Of a DNA stretch of 64,000 bases, positions 55,118-64,000 are shown piece by piece. Origin of the DNA: an uncultured Eubacteriales bacterium (lineage in GTDB: Bacteria > Bacillota > Sulfobacillia > UBA995 > UBA9673); assembly GCA_913063835.1 (NCBI GenBank), contig CAJXZV010000001.1, forward strand, positions 1,366-65,365, read 5' to 3'. The position numbers were made by a program, and so were the translations under genes. Below the pieces are notes generated by a model that did no database searches, was not told where the DNA came from, and saw only the letters and a program-made list of their open reading frames with translations. The first letter of the stretch is position 1. The number at the start of each line of letters is the position of its first letter.

Positions 55118-56602
55118 ATGATGCCCGACCGTCCCTCTGACCGCCGCGCCCGGGTGACCGCGGCCGATACCTACGACGTCGTCATCGTCGGCGCCGGTCC
55201 GGCCGGCATCTTCGCCGCCCTCTCCCTGAAGGACAGCGGTCTGGCCGTCTGCCTCCTCGAGAAGGGGCCGGCCCTCGAGCACCGCACCTGTCCCATGCAG
55301 TCCCGGGAGGCGGGCTGTGCCCGGTGCACACCGTGCGCGCTCCTGTGCGGGTGGGGCGGGGCCGGCGCCTACAGCGACGGCAAGCTCACCCTCACCCCGG
55401 CCATCGGCGGCAAGCTCCAGGACTACGTCGGCCAGGAGGCCTTGGGCCGCCTGATCGAGGAGGTCGACAGGACCTACCTCGATTTCGGCGCCCCCGAGAC
55501 GGTCTTCGCCCCGGACGAGAGGGTCTTCCGCGACCTCCAGAGGCGGGCGGCCACCGCCGACCTCATCCTCGTGCGGAGCCGGGTGCGGCACCTCGGCACA
55601 GAGCGGTGCCGGGAGGTCCTGAGGCGCATGCGGGAGGACCTCGAGGGCAGGGTCACGGTGATGACGCGGACGGAGGCCGTGGAGATACTCGTCGAGCCGT
55701 GCGAGGACGCGGCCGCGAAGCGGTGCGTCGCGGGAGTCCGGCTCGCGGACGGGACGGCCGTGCGGGCCCGCTACCTCATCTGCGGGCCGGGGCGCGAGGG
55801 TGCCGGATGGCTGGTCGGCGAGATCCGCCGCCTCGGTCTGGGCCTGACCAACAATCCGGTTGACATCGGGGTCAGGGTCGAGCTCCCGGCCGTCGTCATG
55901 GAGGACTTCACCGACCACCTTTACGAGCCCAAGCTCATCTACTACTCGAAGACCTTCGACGACCAGGTCCGGACCTTCTGCATGAACCCGTACGGACAGG
56001 TCGTCGCTGAGAACTCGGACGGGCTCCTGACCGTGAACGGGCACAGCTACGCCACCCGCAAGACGGAGCTGACCAATTTCGCCCTTCTCGTCAGCAAGAC
56101 GTTCACCGAGCCCTTCCGGGAGCCCATAGCCTACGGCCGCTCCATCGCCGGCCTGGCGAACATGCTGGGTGACGGGGTCATCGTCCAGAGGCTGGGCGAC
56201 CTTCAGGCCGGGCGCCGTTCCACCCCGAAGAGGCTCGCCAAGAGCGTGGTGCAGCCGACCCTGGAGCAGGCCGTCCCGGGCGACCTGAGCCTTGTGCTGC
56301 CCTACCGCCACCTCCGCTCCATCATGGAAATGCTCGAGGCCATGGACCGCGTGATGCCGGGCGTCAACTCCAGGCACACCCTGCTCTACGGTGTCGAGGT
56401 CAAGTTCTACTCGAGCCGCCCGGAGCTGACCCCGAACCTCGAGACGAAGATAGCCAACTTCTTCGCTGTGGGGGACGGCGCCGGCGTCACGCGGGGTCTG
56501 GTCCAGGCCTCCGCCTCGGGTCTGCTGGTGGCCCGGGAGATCCTGCGACGCGAAGGCCTCGCTCGGGAGGAGCGGGCCTCGGAAGGGTCGTCCTCGAGGT
56601 GA
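55118..56602 (+). CDS. FAD-dependent oxidoreductase (uncharacterised dehydrogenase family, COG2509-like)
   Basis: Dinucleotide-binding motif DVVIVGAGPAGIFAA and a C-terminal FFAVGDGAGVTRG motif. Confidence 0.7.
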   Translation: MMPDRPSDRRARVTAADTYDVVIVGAGPAGIFAALSLKDSGLAVCLLEKGPALEHRTCPMQSREAGCARCTPCALLCGWGGAGAYSDGKLTLTPAIGGKLQDYVGQEALGRLIEEVDRTYLDFGAPETVFAPDERVFRDLQRRAATADLILVRSRVRHLGTERCREVLRRMREDLEGRVTVMTRTEAVEILVEPCEDAAAKRCVAGVRLADGTAVRARYLICGPGREGAGWLVGEIRRLGLGLTNNPVDIGVRVELPAVVMEDFTDHLYEPKLIYYSKTFDDQVRTFCMNPYGQVVAENSDGLLTVNGHSYATRKTELTNFALLVSKTFTEPFREPIAYGRSIAGLANMLGDGVIVQRLGDLQAGRRSTPKRLAKSVVQPTLEQAVPGDLSLVLPYRHLRSIMEMLEAMDRVMPGVNSRHTLLYGVEVKFYSSRPELTPNLETKIANFFAVGDGAGVTRGLVQASASGLLVAREILRREGLAREERASEGSSSR

Positions 56603-56609
56603 AACCGTC

Positions 56610-56638
56610 TTGCCTAGAGCCGGGTGAGGGGGTATAAT
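56610..56638 (+). promoter_or_regulatory. Sigma-A-type promoter for the tRNA-Gly/tRNA-Thr operon (TTGCCT, 17-nt spacer, TATAAT)
   Basis: Read directly. It has the same architecture as the other two tRNA promoters. Confidence 0.5.
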
Positions 56639-56657
56639 ACGGCCGGACGGTCTGAGA

Positions 56658-56732
56658 GCGGGAGTAGTTCAGTGGTAGAGCATCGGCTTCCCAAGCCGAG
56701 TGTCGCGGGTTCGAATCCCGTCTCCCGCTCCA
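56658..56732 (+). tRNA. tRNA-Gly (anticodon CCC)
   Basis: Anticodon stem-loop TCGGC-UUCCCAA-GCCGA, GGTTCGAATCC T-arm, CCA encoded. Confidence 0.85.
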
Positions 56733-56761
56733 TTTTTGTTCTTCAAGTTCATTACAAGAAA

Positions 56762-56836
56762 GCCGGCGTAGCTCAGTGGTAGAGCCCTCGATTCGTAATC
56801 GAGCGGTCACGGGTTCGAATCCCGTCGCCGGCTCCA
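56762..56836 (+). tRNA. tRNA-Thr (anticodon CGU)
   Basis: Anticodon stem-loop CTCGA-UUCGUAA-TCGAG, CCA encoded. Confidence 0.85.
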
Positions 56837-56849
56837 TTCGTTTTTCGGT

Positions 56850-57908
56850 TCAGTTCAGGATGAAGAGGGGGTTCACCGAGACTCCGTTGACCCGGACCTC
56901 GAAGTGGAGGTGCGGTCCGGTGGAGTACCCGGTGCTCCCGACCTTCGCTATGACCTGACCGGTCTCGACCCACTGCCCGTACCGGACCAGAAGCCTTGAC
57001 GCGTGGGCGTAGAGGGTCGTCACCCCGTCACCGTGGTCGAGGATGACCGTGTAGCCGTAGCCGCCCTTCCATCCGGCGAAGACGACCCGGCCCGCGCGGG
57101 CGGCGCGGATGTAGCTTCCGTAGGGGGCCCCGATGTCGATCCCGTGGTGGAACCTGCCCCACCGAGGACCGTAGTAGGAAGTCACCGGACCGAGCACCGG
57201 CCAGCGGTACTCCCCGTAGATGGCCACCGCCCGCCCGCCGACGATCACCGTGCGGACGATGGTCGGGGTGGCCCCCGGGATGATGACCTCGGTGCCGGGC
57301 TCGAGGGCCTCCGGGTCGTCCAGGGCGTTGGCCTGGACGATGACGTCCGGTTCGACCCCGTACTTCTCCGCGAGGGCCGAGACGGTGTCTCCCGGCTGGA
57401 CGGTGTGGAGCACTCCGTCGACCGACAGGAGCCTTATCTCCTGACCCACCTGGAGGCGGCTCGGCACCAGGTCGGGGTTCGCCCCCATGATGGTGGTGAC
57501 GGTGATGCCGTGCTCCTGAGCGATGTCCCAGAGGGTGTCCCCGCTCCTCACCGTGTAGGTGAAGACGCGCGGGCGCGGCTCGGCGTCGGCCCCGGCGGAG
57601 AGTCGGACGGGGGATGTCCGGGAGCCGGTGGACGTCCGGGGTTCCTCCGCGGTGAGCGGGCCCGGGGCCCCGGACCGTTGCACCGGGTCTCCGAGACGCC
57701 CGTGCCTGCCGGGGAGGGCGGTCGGAGAGGTGAGTTCCACCCCGGGTCTCCCCGGGAGGAGTCCTTCCAACGGCTCGCCGCCGCCCACGGGGGTGAAGAA
57801 GGCCTGGGTCTCGGCGTCGGTCGTGATGAGGAGCGGCACGCCGGTCCCGGTGAGGGCTACAGAGGCCAGGACGAGGACGAGGACGACGATCGGCACGAGG
57901 CGGCCCAA
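56850..57908 (-). CDS. LysM-domain M23 peptidase (two LysM repeats plus a LytM catalytic domain)
   Basis: YTVRSGDTLWDIAQEHG and HTVQPGDTVSALAEKYG LysM repeats. HHGIDI and HLHFE M23 motifs. Confidence 0.75.
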   Translation of the reverse strand: MGRLVPIVVLVLVLASVALTGTGVPLLITTDAETQAFFTPVGGGEPLEGLLPGRPGVELTSPTALPGRHGRLGDPVQRSGAPGPLTAEEPRTSTGSRTSPVRLSAGADAEPRPRVFTYTVRSGDTLWDIAQEHGITVTTIMGANPDLVPSRLQVGQEIRLLSVDGVLHTVQPGDTVSALAEKYGVEPDVIVQANALDDPEALEPGTEVIIPGATPTIVRTVIVGGRAVAIYGEYRWPVLGPVTSYYGPRWGRFHHGIDIGAPYGSYIRAARAGRVVFAGWKGGYGYTVILDHGDGVTTLYAHASRLLVRYGQWVETGQVIAKVGSTGYSTGPHLHFEVRVNGVSVNPLFILN

Positions 57909-58077
57909 ATTCCTTCAGCCTCCTCCGGGTTCATACTCTCGGGCCTCGGATGACGACGGCGGGAATTCCCCCGTCGGGGCCGGGAGCCCTCCAGGGAACC
58001 ATTGACAGGAGGGACGGCGGCCGCGTCCGCCGAATAGAGACCTTCCAGCCGCACCTGAATATGGGGCAGGAGGAGTC

Positions 58078-59457
58078 ATGCCGCGCACGTCCACAGGTCC
58101 GGCGCCCGCCACGCGGGCGCTGGTCATCGCTTTCGTCGTCCTCTTCGGGTCCGTCATGGCCGCCTTGGGTTGGGAGGCGTACGACAGGCAGTTCGTCTAC
58201 GCCGTGGAGGTGGACGGGACCTTCCTCGGATACGCCGCCTCGAGGGAGGAGTGGAACCAGGCGGTCCAGGAGGCCCTGACCCGGGCCGAGGAGGAGACCG
58301 GTCTCGCCGTCGTCCTCCAGTCCGAGGTGTCCCTCACGAGGACCCGTCCGCGGCCCGACCACGAGGTGCTCACGGGGACCGCTCTCCTCGAGGCCTGCCG
58401 AGGAGCGCTCACTTTCGTCTCCGAGGCCTGGGCCGTGACTGTCGACGGCGCCGAGGTGGTCTACCTCCGGAGCGAAGCCGAGGCCCGGCGGGTCATCGAA
58501 GAGCTGGTCCGAGACCACCGGGATTCGCTCCTGGCCAAAGGGAACACCGTCGTCGAGAGGATCACCGTCCTCGAGGAGGTCTCCTGCCGCCGCACGACGG
58601 CCGCTGTCGACAAGGTCGTGGATGTCGGACGCGCCAAGGACATCCTCCGCCGCGGTACCGACCGCCTGGAAGTCCACGTCGTGGCGCGCGGGGAGAGTCT
58701 CTGGACTATAGCCAGTGACAACTCCCTGACCGTGGCCGACCTGCAGAAGGCCAATCCCCACATCACCGACCCCGACCGCATCAGGGTGGGGGACAAGATA
58801 AACCTCATCGTTCCCGACCCTTACGTCAACCTTGAGAGCGTTGAGCTCCACACCTTCATCAGGTACGTGCCCTTCTCCGTCCAGCGCCGCACCGACCCCG
58901 AGCTCTGGCCGTGGGAGAGCCATGTCCAGCGCGCCGGTGTCTACGGCCGCGAAGAGGTCACGGTGAGGATACGGCGCCTGAACGGCGAGGAGGTCTCCCG
59001 CTCCGTCGTCTCCGAAAAGCGGCTCTCCGACCCCGTGCCACAGGTCTTCGTCCTCGGGACCAAGCAGTGGCCGAAGAGGAACGGCGGCTGGGTCTTCCCG
59101 GTCGTCGGCCCCATAACCTCGTGGTACGGCTGGCGCTACAGCGGGTTCCATCACGGGCTGGACATCGGGGCCCCCTACGGCACTCCGGTCCTGGCCACCG
59201 CGAGCGGCACCGTCACCTTCGTCGGCTGGCGCGGAGGCTACGGCCGCACGGTCATCATCGACCACGGGGGAGGGGTAGAGTCGCTCTACGCGCACCTCTC
59301 GACCCTGGGGGTGTCGGTCGGACAAAGGGTGAGCCAGGGCCAGGTGATAGGACGGGTGGGGAGCACCGGTCGCAGTACAGGGGCCCACCTTCACCTGGAG
59401 ATACGCGTGAACGGCAAATCCGTGAACCCCGTCGACTACTACCCCCGCGGCGGCTGA
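58078..59457 (+). CDS. Membrane-anchored LysM-domain M23 peptidase
   Basis: N-terminal TM helix. LysM repeat HVVARGESLWTIASDN. HHGLDI and HLHLE M23 motifs. Confidence 0.75.
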   Translation: MPRTSTGPAPATRALVIAFVVLFGSVMAALGWEAYDRQFVYAVEVDGTFLGYAASREEWNQAVQEALTRAEEETGLAVVLQSEVSLTRTRPRPDHEVLTGTALLEACRGALTFVSEAWAVTVDGAEVVYLRSEAEARRVIEELVRDHRDSLLAKGNTVVERITVLEEVSCRRTTAAVDKVVDVGRAKDILRRGTDRLEVHVVARGESLWTIASDNSLTVADLQKANPHITDPDRIRVGDKINLIVPDPYVNLESVELHTFIRYVPFSVQRRTDPELWPWESHVQRAGVYGREEVTVRIRRLNGEEVSRSVVSEKRLSDPVPQVFVLGTKQWPKRNGGWVFPVVGPITSWYGWRYSGFHHGLDIGAPYGTPVLATASGTVTFVGWRGGYGRTVIIDHGGGVESLYAHLSTLGVSVGQRVSQGQVIGRVGSTGRSTGAHLHLEIRVNGKSVNPVDYYPRGG

Positions 59458-59559
59458 CCCACCGGGCTCGGGAGACGGTGTATAATCAGAGGGGCAGGTT
59501 TACATAAGACCGGCCCTGCCCACCACTCCTTCTCCGGGACGTGATCCACCCTGCTCCAC

Positions 59560-60552
59560 ATGGATGTGCACCATGGTCCGGCCTCGGGCCGGCGTAGGGC
59601 CGCCTACCTTCCGGCGGCACCAGGGGCGTCTCCGGGCCCGCGCCGGGGCCCCGGGCCGGCCGCGGTCGTCCTCGCCGCGGTCCTCGTCCTCCTCGTGCTG
59701 TGGGACGGGGCCGGGGCCTTCCTCGCCCCGCTCGAGGACCGCATCTACGATTGGCACTGCGCGCGGCGACGGGCCCGGCTGATCAGCGATTTCCCGGGAA
59801 AGGCCGTGGCCGAGAGCCCGCACTTCGTGCTCCACTACGACGAGTCCCTTGACGGGGCCTGGGCGCCGGTCGTCCTGGCGTGCGCCGAGAGGGCGCACGA
59901 GGCGGTGTCCGGGCGCCTGGGATGGAGTCCGGCGGGACGGGAGGAGAAGGTTCCCGTCCTTCTTCACCCGACGCGCACATCGCTGGACAGGCAGTTCGCC
60001 TCCCGTGACGGCCTGCAGGCCGTGGGCGCCTACTGGTGCGGGGTCGTCCAGGTCCTCTCACCCAGACTCTGGCTGGCCGAGGAGCCCGGTGCGGCGGCCG
60101 TGGCGGTGCTGTGGACCGACGGCCCGCTCGTCCACGAGTACACCCACTACGTCCTGGACATGCTCGTGCCGGCCGCGGGCTACCCCCGCTGGTTCTCGGA
60201 GGGGCTGGCCCAGTACGTGGAGTACAAGGAGACCGGCTACCTCTGGCTCGGGGTAGGCGTGTCCGCCGGCCTTCTTCCGGAGGCTGACGGGCCCTTTTAC
60301 AGCCTGTCCGAACTCGGCCGGGACTTCGACGGCCTGGAGAACACGGCCGCGGCCTACCGCGCGGCCTTCCTTCTCACCGCCTATCTCGTCGACGACAGTG
60401 CGGGGTGGGACGGCCTCCGGGCCCTTCTTGGAGAGATGGCCCGCGGCAGGCCTTTCGAGGCGGCGCTCGAGAAGGTGACGGGTCTCTCGCCGGAGGAGTT
60501 CGAGTCGAGATGGCTCGAATGGCTCCGAGAGGCGGAGCACCGCTACCGGTGA
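59560..60552 (+). CDS. Membrane-anchored peptidase-MA-like zinc metallopeptidase
   Basis: HEYTHYVLD (HExxH) followed by WFSEGLAQYVE (the third-ligand Glu motif). N-terminal TM segment. Confidence 0.5.
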   Translation: MDVHHGPASGRRRAAYLPAAPGASPGPRRGPGPAAVVLAAVLVLLVLWDGAGAFLAPLEDRIYDWHCARRRARLISDFPGKAVAESPHFVLHYDESLDGAWAPVVLACAERAHEAVSGRLGWSPAGREEKVPVLLHPTRTSLDRQFASRDGLQAVGAYWCGVVQVLSPRLWLAEEPGAAAVAVLWTDGPLVHEYTHYVLDMLVPAAGYPRWFSEGLAQYVEYKETGYLWLGVGVSAGLLPEADGPFYSLSELGRDFDGLENTAAAYRAAFLLTAYLVDDSAGWDGLRALLGEMARGRPFEAALEKVTGLSPEEFESRWLEWLREAEHRYR

Positions 60553-60690
60553 CGGTTTTTACCTGGAAGGAAGGCGGGTCCGCCCGAAGAATAGGTCTTG
60601 TTCGGTCCGTCTACCTGTCAGCCTGCTTGCAGCACCGGCGCGACCACCTCGTCATCGCCGAAGGGACCACCGCCGGGGGGAGGGAAGGAG

Positions 60691-61962
60691 TTGGCGAAGC
60701 TTCTCGCCACCGGCGGGCGCCCGCTGACCGGCCGGGTCAGGGCGGGCGGCCGCAAGAATTCCGCCGTGGCCGTTCTCCCCGCGGCGCTCCTCGCCGACGG
60801 TGTCACCGTCATCGAGAACCTGCCCGACATACAGGACGTCTGGGTCTACGCCGAGCTTCTCCGCTCCCTCGGTGTGAAGGTGGACCTCGGGCCGAGCGGG
60901 AACGGCGAGGCGCTCAGGGCGGTGGTCGACCCCGGCGGTCTCACCCCTCACAGCCTCAGCGAGGCCCTCGTCAAGCGCATGCGGGCTTCCTACTACCTGA
61001 TAGGCGTGCTCCTCGCCCGGTACGGCCGGGCCGAGGTCCCCTTCCCGGGAGGCTGTGACATCGGGTCGCGCCCCATCGACCAGCACATCAAGGGCTTCAG
61101 GGCCCTCGGGGCCGACGTCAGGGTCGAGAAAGGGGTCGTGAAGGTCAGGGCCTCGAAGCTCGTCGGCGCTCCCGTCTATCTCGACGTCGTCAGCGTCGGG
61201 GCGACCGTCAACATAATGCTGGCGGCGACCCTCGCCGAGGGGACGACCGTCATCGAGAACGCGGCCAAGGAACCTCACATCGTCGACCTGGCCAACTTCC
61301 TCAACGCCGCCGGCGCCAAGGTCAAGGGTGCGGGGACCGACGTCATCAAGGTCACGGGGGTCAAGAGGCTCCCAGGCGGGACCCTGCACTCCATCATCCC
61401 CGACGAGATCGAAGCCGCCACCTTCATGGTCGGGGCGGCCGCCACCGGCGGTGAGGTCATCGTGGAGAACGTCATCCCGAAGCACCTCGAGGCCGTGTCG
61501 GCCAAGCTCATCGAGACCGGGGCGACGGTCGAGGAGAACGGTGACTACATCCTCGTCCGCGGCAACGGCAGGCCCCGCCCGGTGACCGTGAAGACCCTGC
61601 CCTATCCGGGTTTCCCGACCGACGCCCAGCAGCAGATGACGGCTCTGCTCTCCGTGGCCTCGGGGACCAGCGTCATCACCGAGACGGTGCACGAGGGACG
61701 CTTCAAGCACGCGGACGAGCTGAGGCGCATGGGTTGCAACATAACCGTCGAGGGCCGGACGGCCATCGTCCAGGGGGTCGAGCGTCTCACAGGGGCCAAG
61801 GTCAAGGCCACGGACCTGCGGGCCGGCGCCGCGCTGGTCCTGGCCGGTCTCATGGCCGAGGGTGAGACGGAGATCTCCGGCGTGGAGCACATCGACCGGG
61901 GCTACGAGAAGGTTGTCGAGAAGTTCACGAGCATCGGCGCCGACCTCAGACGCGTCGAGTGA
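60691..61962 (+). CDS. murA: UDP-N-acetylglucosamine 1-carboxyvinyltransferase; TTG start after a GGGAGGGAAGGAG SD
   Basis: GGRKNSAVAVLPAALLA and the active-site region FPGGCDIGSRPID. Confidence 0.85.
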   Translation: MAKLLATGGRPLTGRVRAGGRKNSAVAVLPAALLADGVTVIENLPDIQDVWVYAELLRSLGVKVDLGPSGNGEALRAVVDPGGLTPHSLSEALVKRMRASYYLIGVLLARYGRAEVPFPGGCDIGSRPIDQHIKGFRALGADVRVEKGVVKVRASKLVGAPVYLDVVSVGATVNIMLAATLAEGTTVIENAAKEPHIVDLANFLNAAGAKVKGAGTDVIKVTGVKRLPGGTLHSIIPDEIEAATFMVGAAATGGEVIVENVIPKHLEAVSAKLIETGATVEENGDYILVRGNGRPRPVTVKTLPYPGFPTDAQQQMTALLSVASGTSVITETVHEGRFKHADELRRMGCNITVEGRTAIVQGVERLTGAKVKATDLRAGAALVLAGLMAEGETEISGVEHIDRGYEKVVEKFTSIGADLRRVE

Positions 61963-62068
61963 ACGGGTGAGGCGCCGTCTCTGTTGTGGGTTGCATTCTC
62001 CCCGGGGATGGACGACAATAGGCTGGGAGTGGACGAGCTTGAGCGACTCGGGCCCGCCGCGGGAGCCT

Positions 62069-62338
62069 GTGAGCGTTCTCAGCCTGGCCTTCACGGCGGG
62101 GCTCACGCTTCTTGCGGGGATGTTCGTGGGCTACCACGGTGGTCGTTACCTGGACCGCCTCTTGGGCTCGGAGCCCTGGCTCTCCCTCGTCGGGACCGTT
62201 CTCGGGGTCGTGGCCGGCTTCAGGGTCCTCCTCCGGGACATCCTGCGGTCGGGCGACCGCTCCTCCCGACGGGACAAGAGAGGACAGCGGGCGGAGGACC
62301 GCACCGACGGAGAGGACCGGGAGCCGGCTGATGGCTGA
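62069..62338 (+). CDS. atpZ: AtpZ-like small membrane protein (F-ATPase gene-1 family)
   Basis: Two TM helices with FVGYHGGRYLDRLLGSEPWLSLVGTVLGVVAG. Confidence 0.5.
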   Translation: MSVLSLAFTAGLTLLAGMFVGYHGGRYLDRLLGSEPWLSLVGTVLGVVAGFRVLLRDILRSGDRSSRRDKRGQRAEDRTDGEDREPADG

Positions 62339-62651
62339 GGCAGGAGTCCTGGCCGCCGCCTTCGCCTTCGGCGGGGCGGTCGGCCTGGTGAACAACGCCA
62401 TATCGAACCGCGTGCATCGTTCCGCCGTGCGGTCCGGGACCGCGGACGCGTCGGGCGGCTGGCCCGTGCTGTTCGCCGTCCAGTACCTCGCCCGCATGGC
62501 CCTCAGCGTCGGGGCCCTTTACGTCGTGTTCCGGGCCTCCGGCGCGTCGGCCTCGGCCGTCCTGGCCGCCACGGTGGGCCTGCTCCTGCCGAGGTACGCG
62601 CTCCTCCTGCGGCTCGCGGCCGCCGGGGGAGACACGGAGAGACAGAGGTGA
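62331..62651 (+). CDS. atpI: ATP synthase protein I
   Basis: Small hydrophobic protein immediately upstream of atpB. Its start overlaps the atpZ stop. Confidence 0.5.
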   Translation: MAEAGVLAAAFAFGGAVGLVNNAISNRVHRSAVRSGTADASGGWPVLFAVQYLARMALSVGALYVVFRASGASASAVLAATVGLLLPRYALLLRLAAAGGDTERQR

Positions 62652-62657
62652 TGGGGC

Positions 62658-63392
62658 TTGCCGTTCTGGCTTCTCGCCGCCCACGGGGGTGAGGGCGCCG
62701 GGGCCGCCGCCAGGGACGTCTTCTTCACCATCCCCGTGGTGGGCCTCAAGGTCACGAGCATCCAGACCACCATGTGGGGCATCATGCTGGTCGTGCTCGT
62801 CGTGGCCTGGCTCGGGACCCGGAGGCTGGAGCGGGTGCCCCGGACGAGGTTCCAGGCCTTTCTCGAGCTCACCGTCGACGGCTTCGAGACCTTCTTCGCC
62901 TCGATAATCGGCCGGGAGAACGCGCGGGCCTTCCTTCCCTTCCTGGGGAGCCTCTTCATCTTCATCCTGCTCTCCAACTACTCGGGGCTCCTCCCCGGAG
63001 CCGGGCACGTCCCCGGCCTCACGGCTCCCACGAGCAACTGGGGCGTCACCGCCGGCCTCGCCTCGGTGGTCTTCGTGACCGTCCAGTACGTCGGCATCAA
63101 GCGGCGGGGGCTCCGCTACTTCAAGCACATGGTCGACCCGTGGTTCCTGGCCCCCCTGCTTCTGCCGCTGGGAATCATCGAGGAGTTCGTGCGGCCGTTC
63201 GCGCTGTCGCTGCGTCTTGTGGCCAACATCTTCGGCGGCGAGACGGTCGTCCTGGCCGTGCTCATGGCCGTTCCCTGGTTCCTGCCGGTTGTGCCCTTGC
63301 TCCTGGAGGTGCTCTTCGGAGCCATCCAGGCCTTCATCTTCACGTTCCTGACCGCGATCTACCTTGCGACGGCTGTCGCCGAGGAACACTGA
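62658..63392 (+). CDS. atpB: F0F1 ATP synthase subunit a
   Basis: Motif FALSLRLVANIFGGE containing the essential Arg. Confidence 0.85.
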   Translation: MPFWLLAAHGGEGAGAAARDVFFTIPVVGLKVTSIQTTMWGIMLVVLVVAWLGTRRLERVPRTRFQAFLELTVDGFETFFASIIGRENARAFLPFLGSLFIFILLSNYSGLLPGAGHVPGLTAPTSNWGVTAGLASVVFVTVQYVGIKRRGLRYFKHMVDPWFLAPLLLPLGIIEEFVRPFALSLRLVANIFGGETVVLAVLMAVPWFLPVVPLLLEVLFGAIQAFIFTFLTAIYLATAVAEEH

Positions 63393-63414
63393 CCGAGACT
63401 GAGGAGGAGAACGG

Positions 63415-64000
63415 ATGTCGCCAATGGTTATCTTCTCTGGAGCCGCGGTCCTGGCCATGGCTCTCGCCGCCTTCGGCTCGGCCTACTCCCAGGGCCGGAC
63501 CGGCGCCGCGGCCATGGAGTCCATCCGCAAGAAGCCCGAGTCGGCCGCCAAGGTCCGGACGACGATGATGCTGGCCCTGGTCTTCATGGAGGCCCTGACC
63601 CTTTTCGTCTTCGCCATCGTCTTCGTCCTGGCGGGCAGGGTCACCCCGGACATCGCCGTCTTCACCGCCGTGGCCGTGGTCTCGATGGCCGCGGCCGCCC
63701 TCGGGTCCGCCCTCAGCCAGGGCCGCGCCGCCGTGGCGGCCATGGAGTCTTCCTGGCGGGAGCCGGAGGAGAGCGGCGACACCCGGACCTCCATGATGCT
63801 CGGGCTGGTCTTCATGGAGGCCCTGACCCTCTTCGTGTTCGCCATCGTCTTCGTCCTTACGGGCTCGGTCGACAGCTCCCGTGTCCTGTTCGGCTCGGCC
63901 GCCGTGGCGGCCATGGCCCTGGCGGCCATCGGCTCCGCCGTGGCCCAGGGGCGGACCACGCAGGCGGCCATGCAGGCGACCTGGAAGCAGCCGGCCGCCG
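63415..64000 (+). CDS. atpE: F0 ATP synthase subunit c encoded as at least three tandemly fused c hairpins (the ORF runs off the window end)
   Basis: GAGGAGGAG RBS then ATG at 63415. Hand translation has no stop through position 64000. Each unit has helix 1 with G.SxxQG, a loop R(K/E)xPE and helix 2 with [18 protein letters not shown], whose Glu is in the c-subunit ion-binding position. Confidence 0.8.
   Translation, partial: MSPMVIFSGAAVLAMALAAFGSAYSQGRTGAAAMESIRKKPESAAKVRTTMMLALVFMEALTLFVFAIVFVLAGRVTPDIAVFTAVAVVSMAAAALGSALSQGRAAVAAMESSWREPEESGDTRTSMMLGLVFMEALTLFVFAIVFVLTGSVDSSRVLFGSAAVAAMALAAIGSAVAQGRTTQAAMQATWKQPAA
63577..63860 (+). repeat. Direct tandem repeat, about 228-nt period, inside atpE
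   Basis: CTGGTCTTCATGGAGGCCCTGACCCT(T/C)TTCGT(C/G)TTCGCCATCGTCTTCGTCCT occurs at about 63577-63630 and again at about 63805-63858. Confidence 0.8.

Noticed and set aside
60652-63458. Two long minus-strand ORFs (60652-62106 and 62220-63458) antisense to murA and the atp genes
   Set aside because: Antisense artefacts.

Overview
This is a very GC-rich window (third codon positions are almost all G/C) from the replication-origin region of an endospore-forming Firmicute-like chromosome. From the 5' end the gene order is recR (3' part), yaaL, bofA, a 2-oxoacid:ferredoxin oxidoreductase operon (porGDAB) and an ncRNA island. The island holds tRNA-Gln, tRNA-Glu, a Bacillus-type SRP RNA, six minus-strand tRNAs and tadA. 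Then come serS, the methionine-salvage genes mtnA and mtnP, panB with an unidentified 450-aa partner, hslO, pdxT, pdxS, rtcB and its archease partner. The classic origin block follows: gyrA, gyrB, remB-like, recF, dnaN, dnaA with DnaA-box clusters on both sides (a bipartite oriC), rpmH, rnpA, yidD, yidC, jag, rsmG, noc, soj and spo0J. Downstream lies an envelope and cell-shape cluster (M23 peptidase, bactofilin, lipid kinase, phosphoribosyltransferase, ykuS-like, yyaC, a beta-propeller protein, cvpA, mscS), then rpsF, ssb, rpsR, rplI, a LonC-type protease, dnaB, sleB, groES and groEL with a CIRCE operator, tRNA-Gly and tRNA-Thr, two LysM-M23 peptidases, murA and the start of an F-type atp operon (atpZ, atpI, atpB, atpE). 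The most unusual feature is atpE, whose reading frame encodes at least three tandem c-subunit hairpins and runs off the window end. Other points worth attention are the unidentified 450-aa gene translationally coupled to panB, a long leader upstream of the mtn operon, and a cvpA-containing three-gene membrane module. I found no CRISPR array, mobile element or obvious defence island. The high GC content produces many long antisense ORFs in the track, which I treat as spurious. Hand-derived coordinates may be off by 1-2 nt; ORF-track coordinates were used wherever possible.
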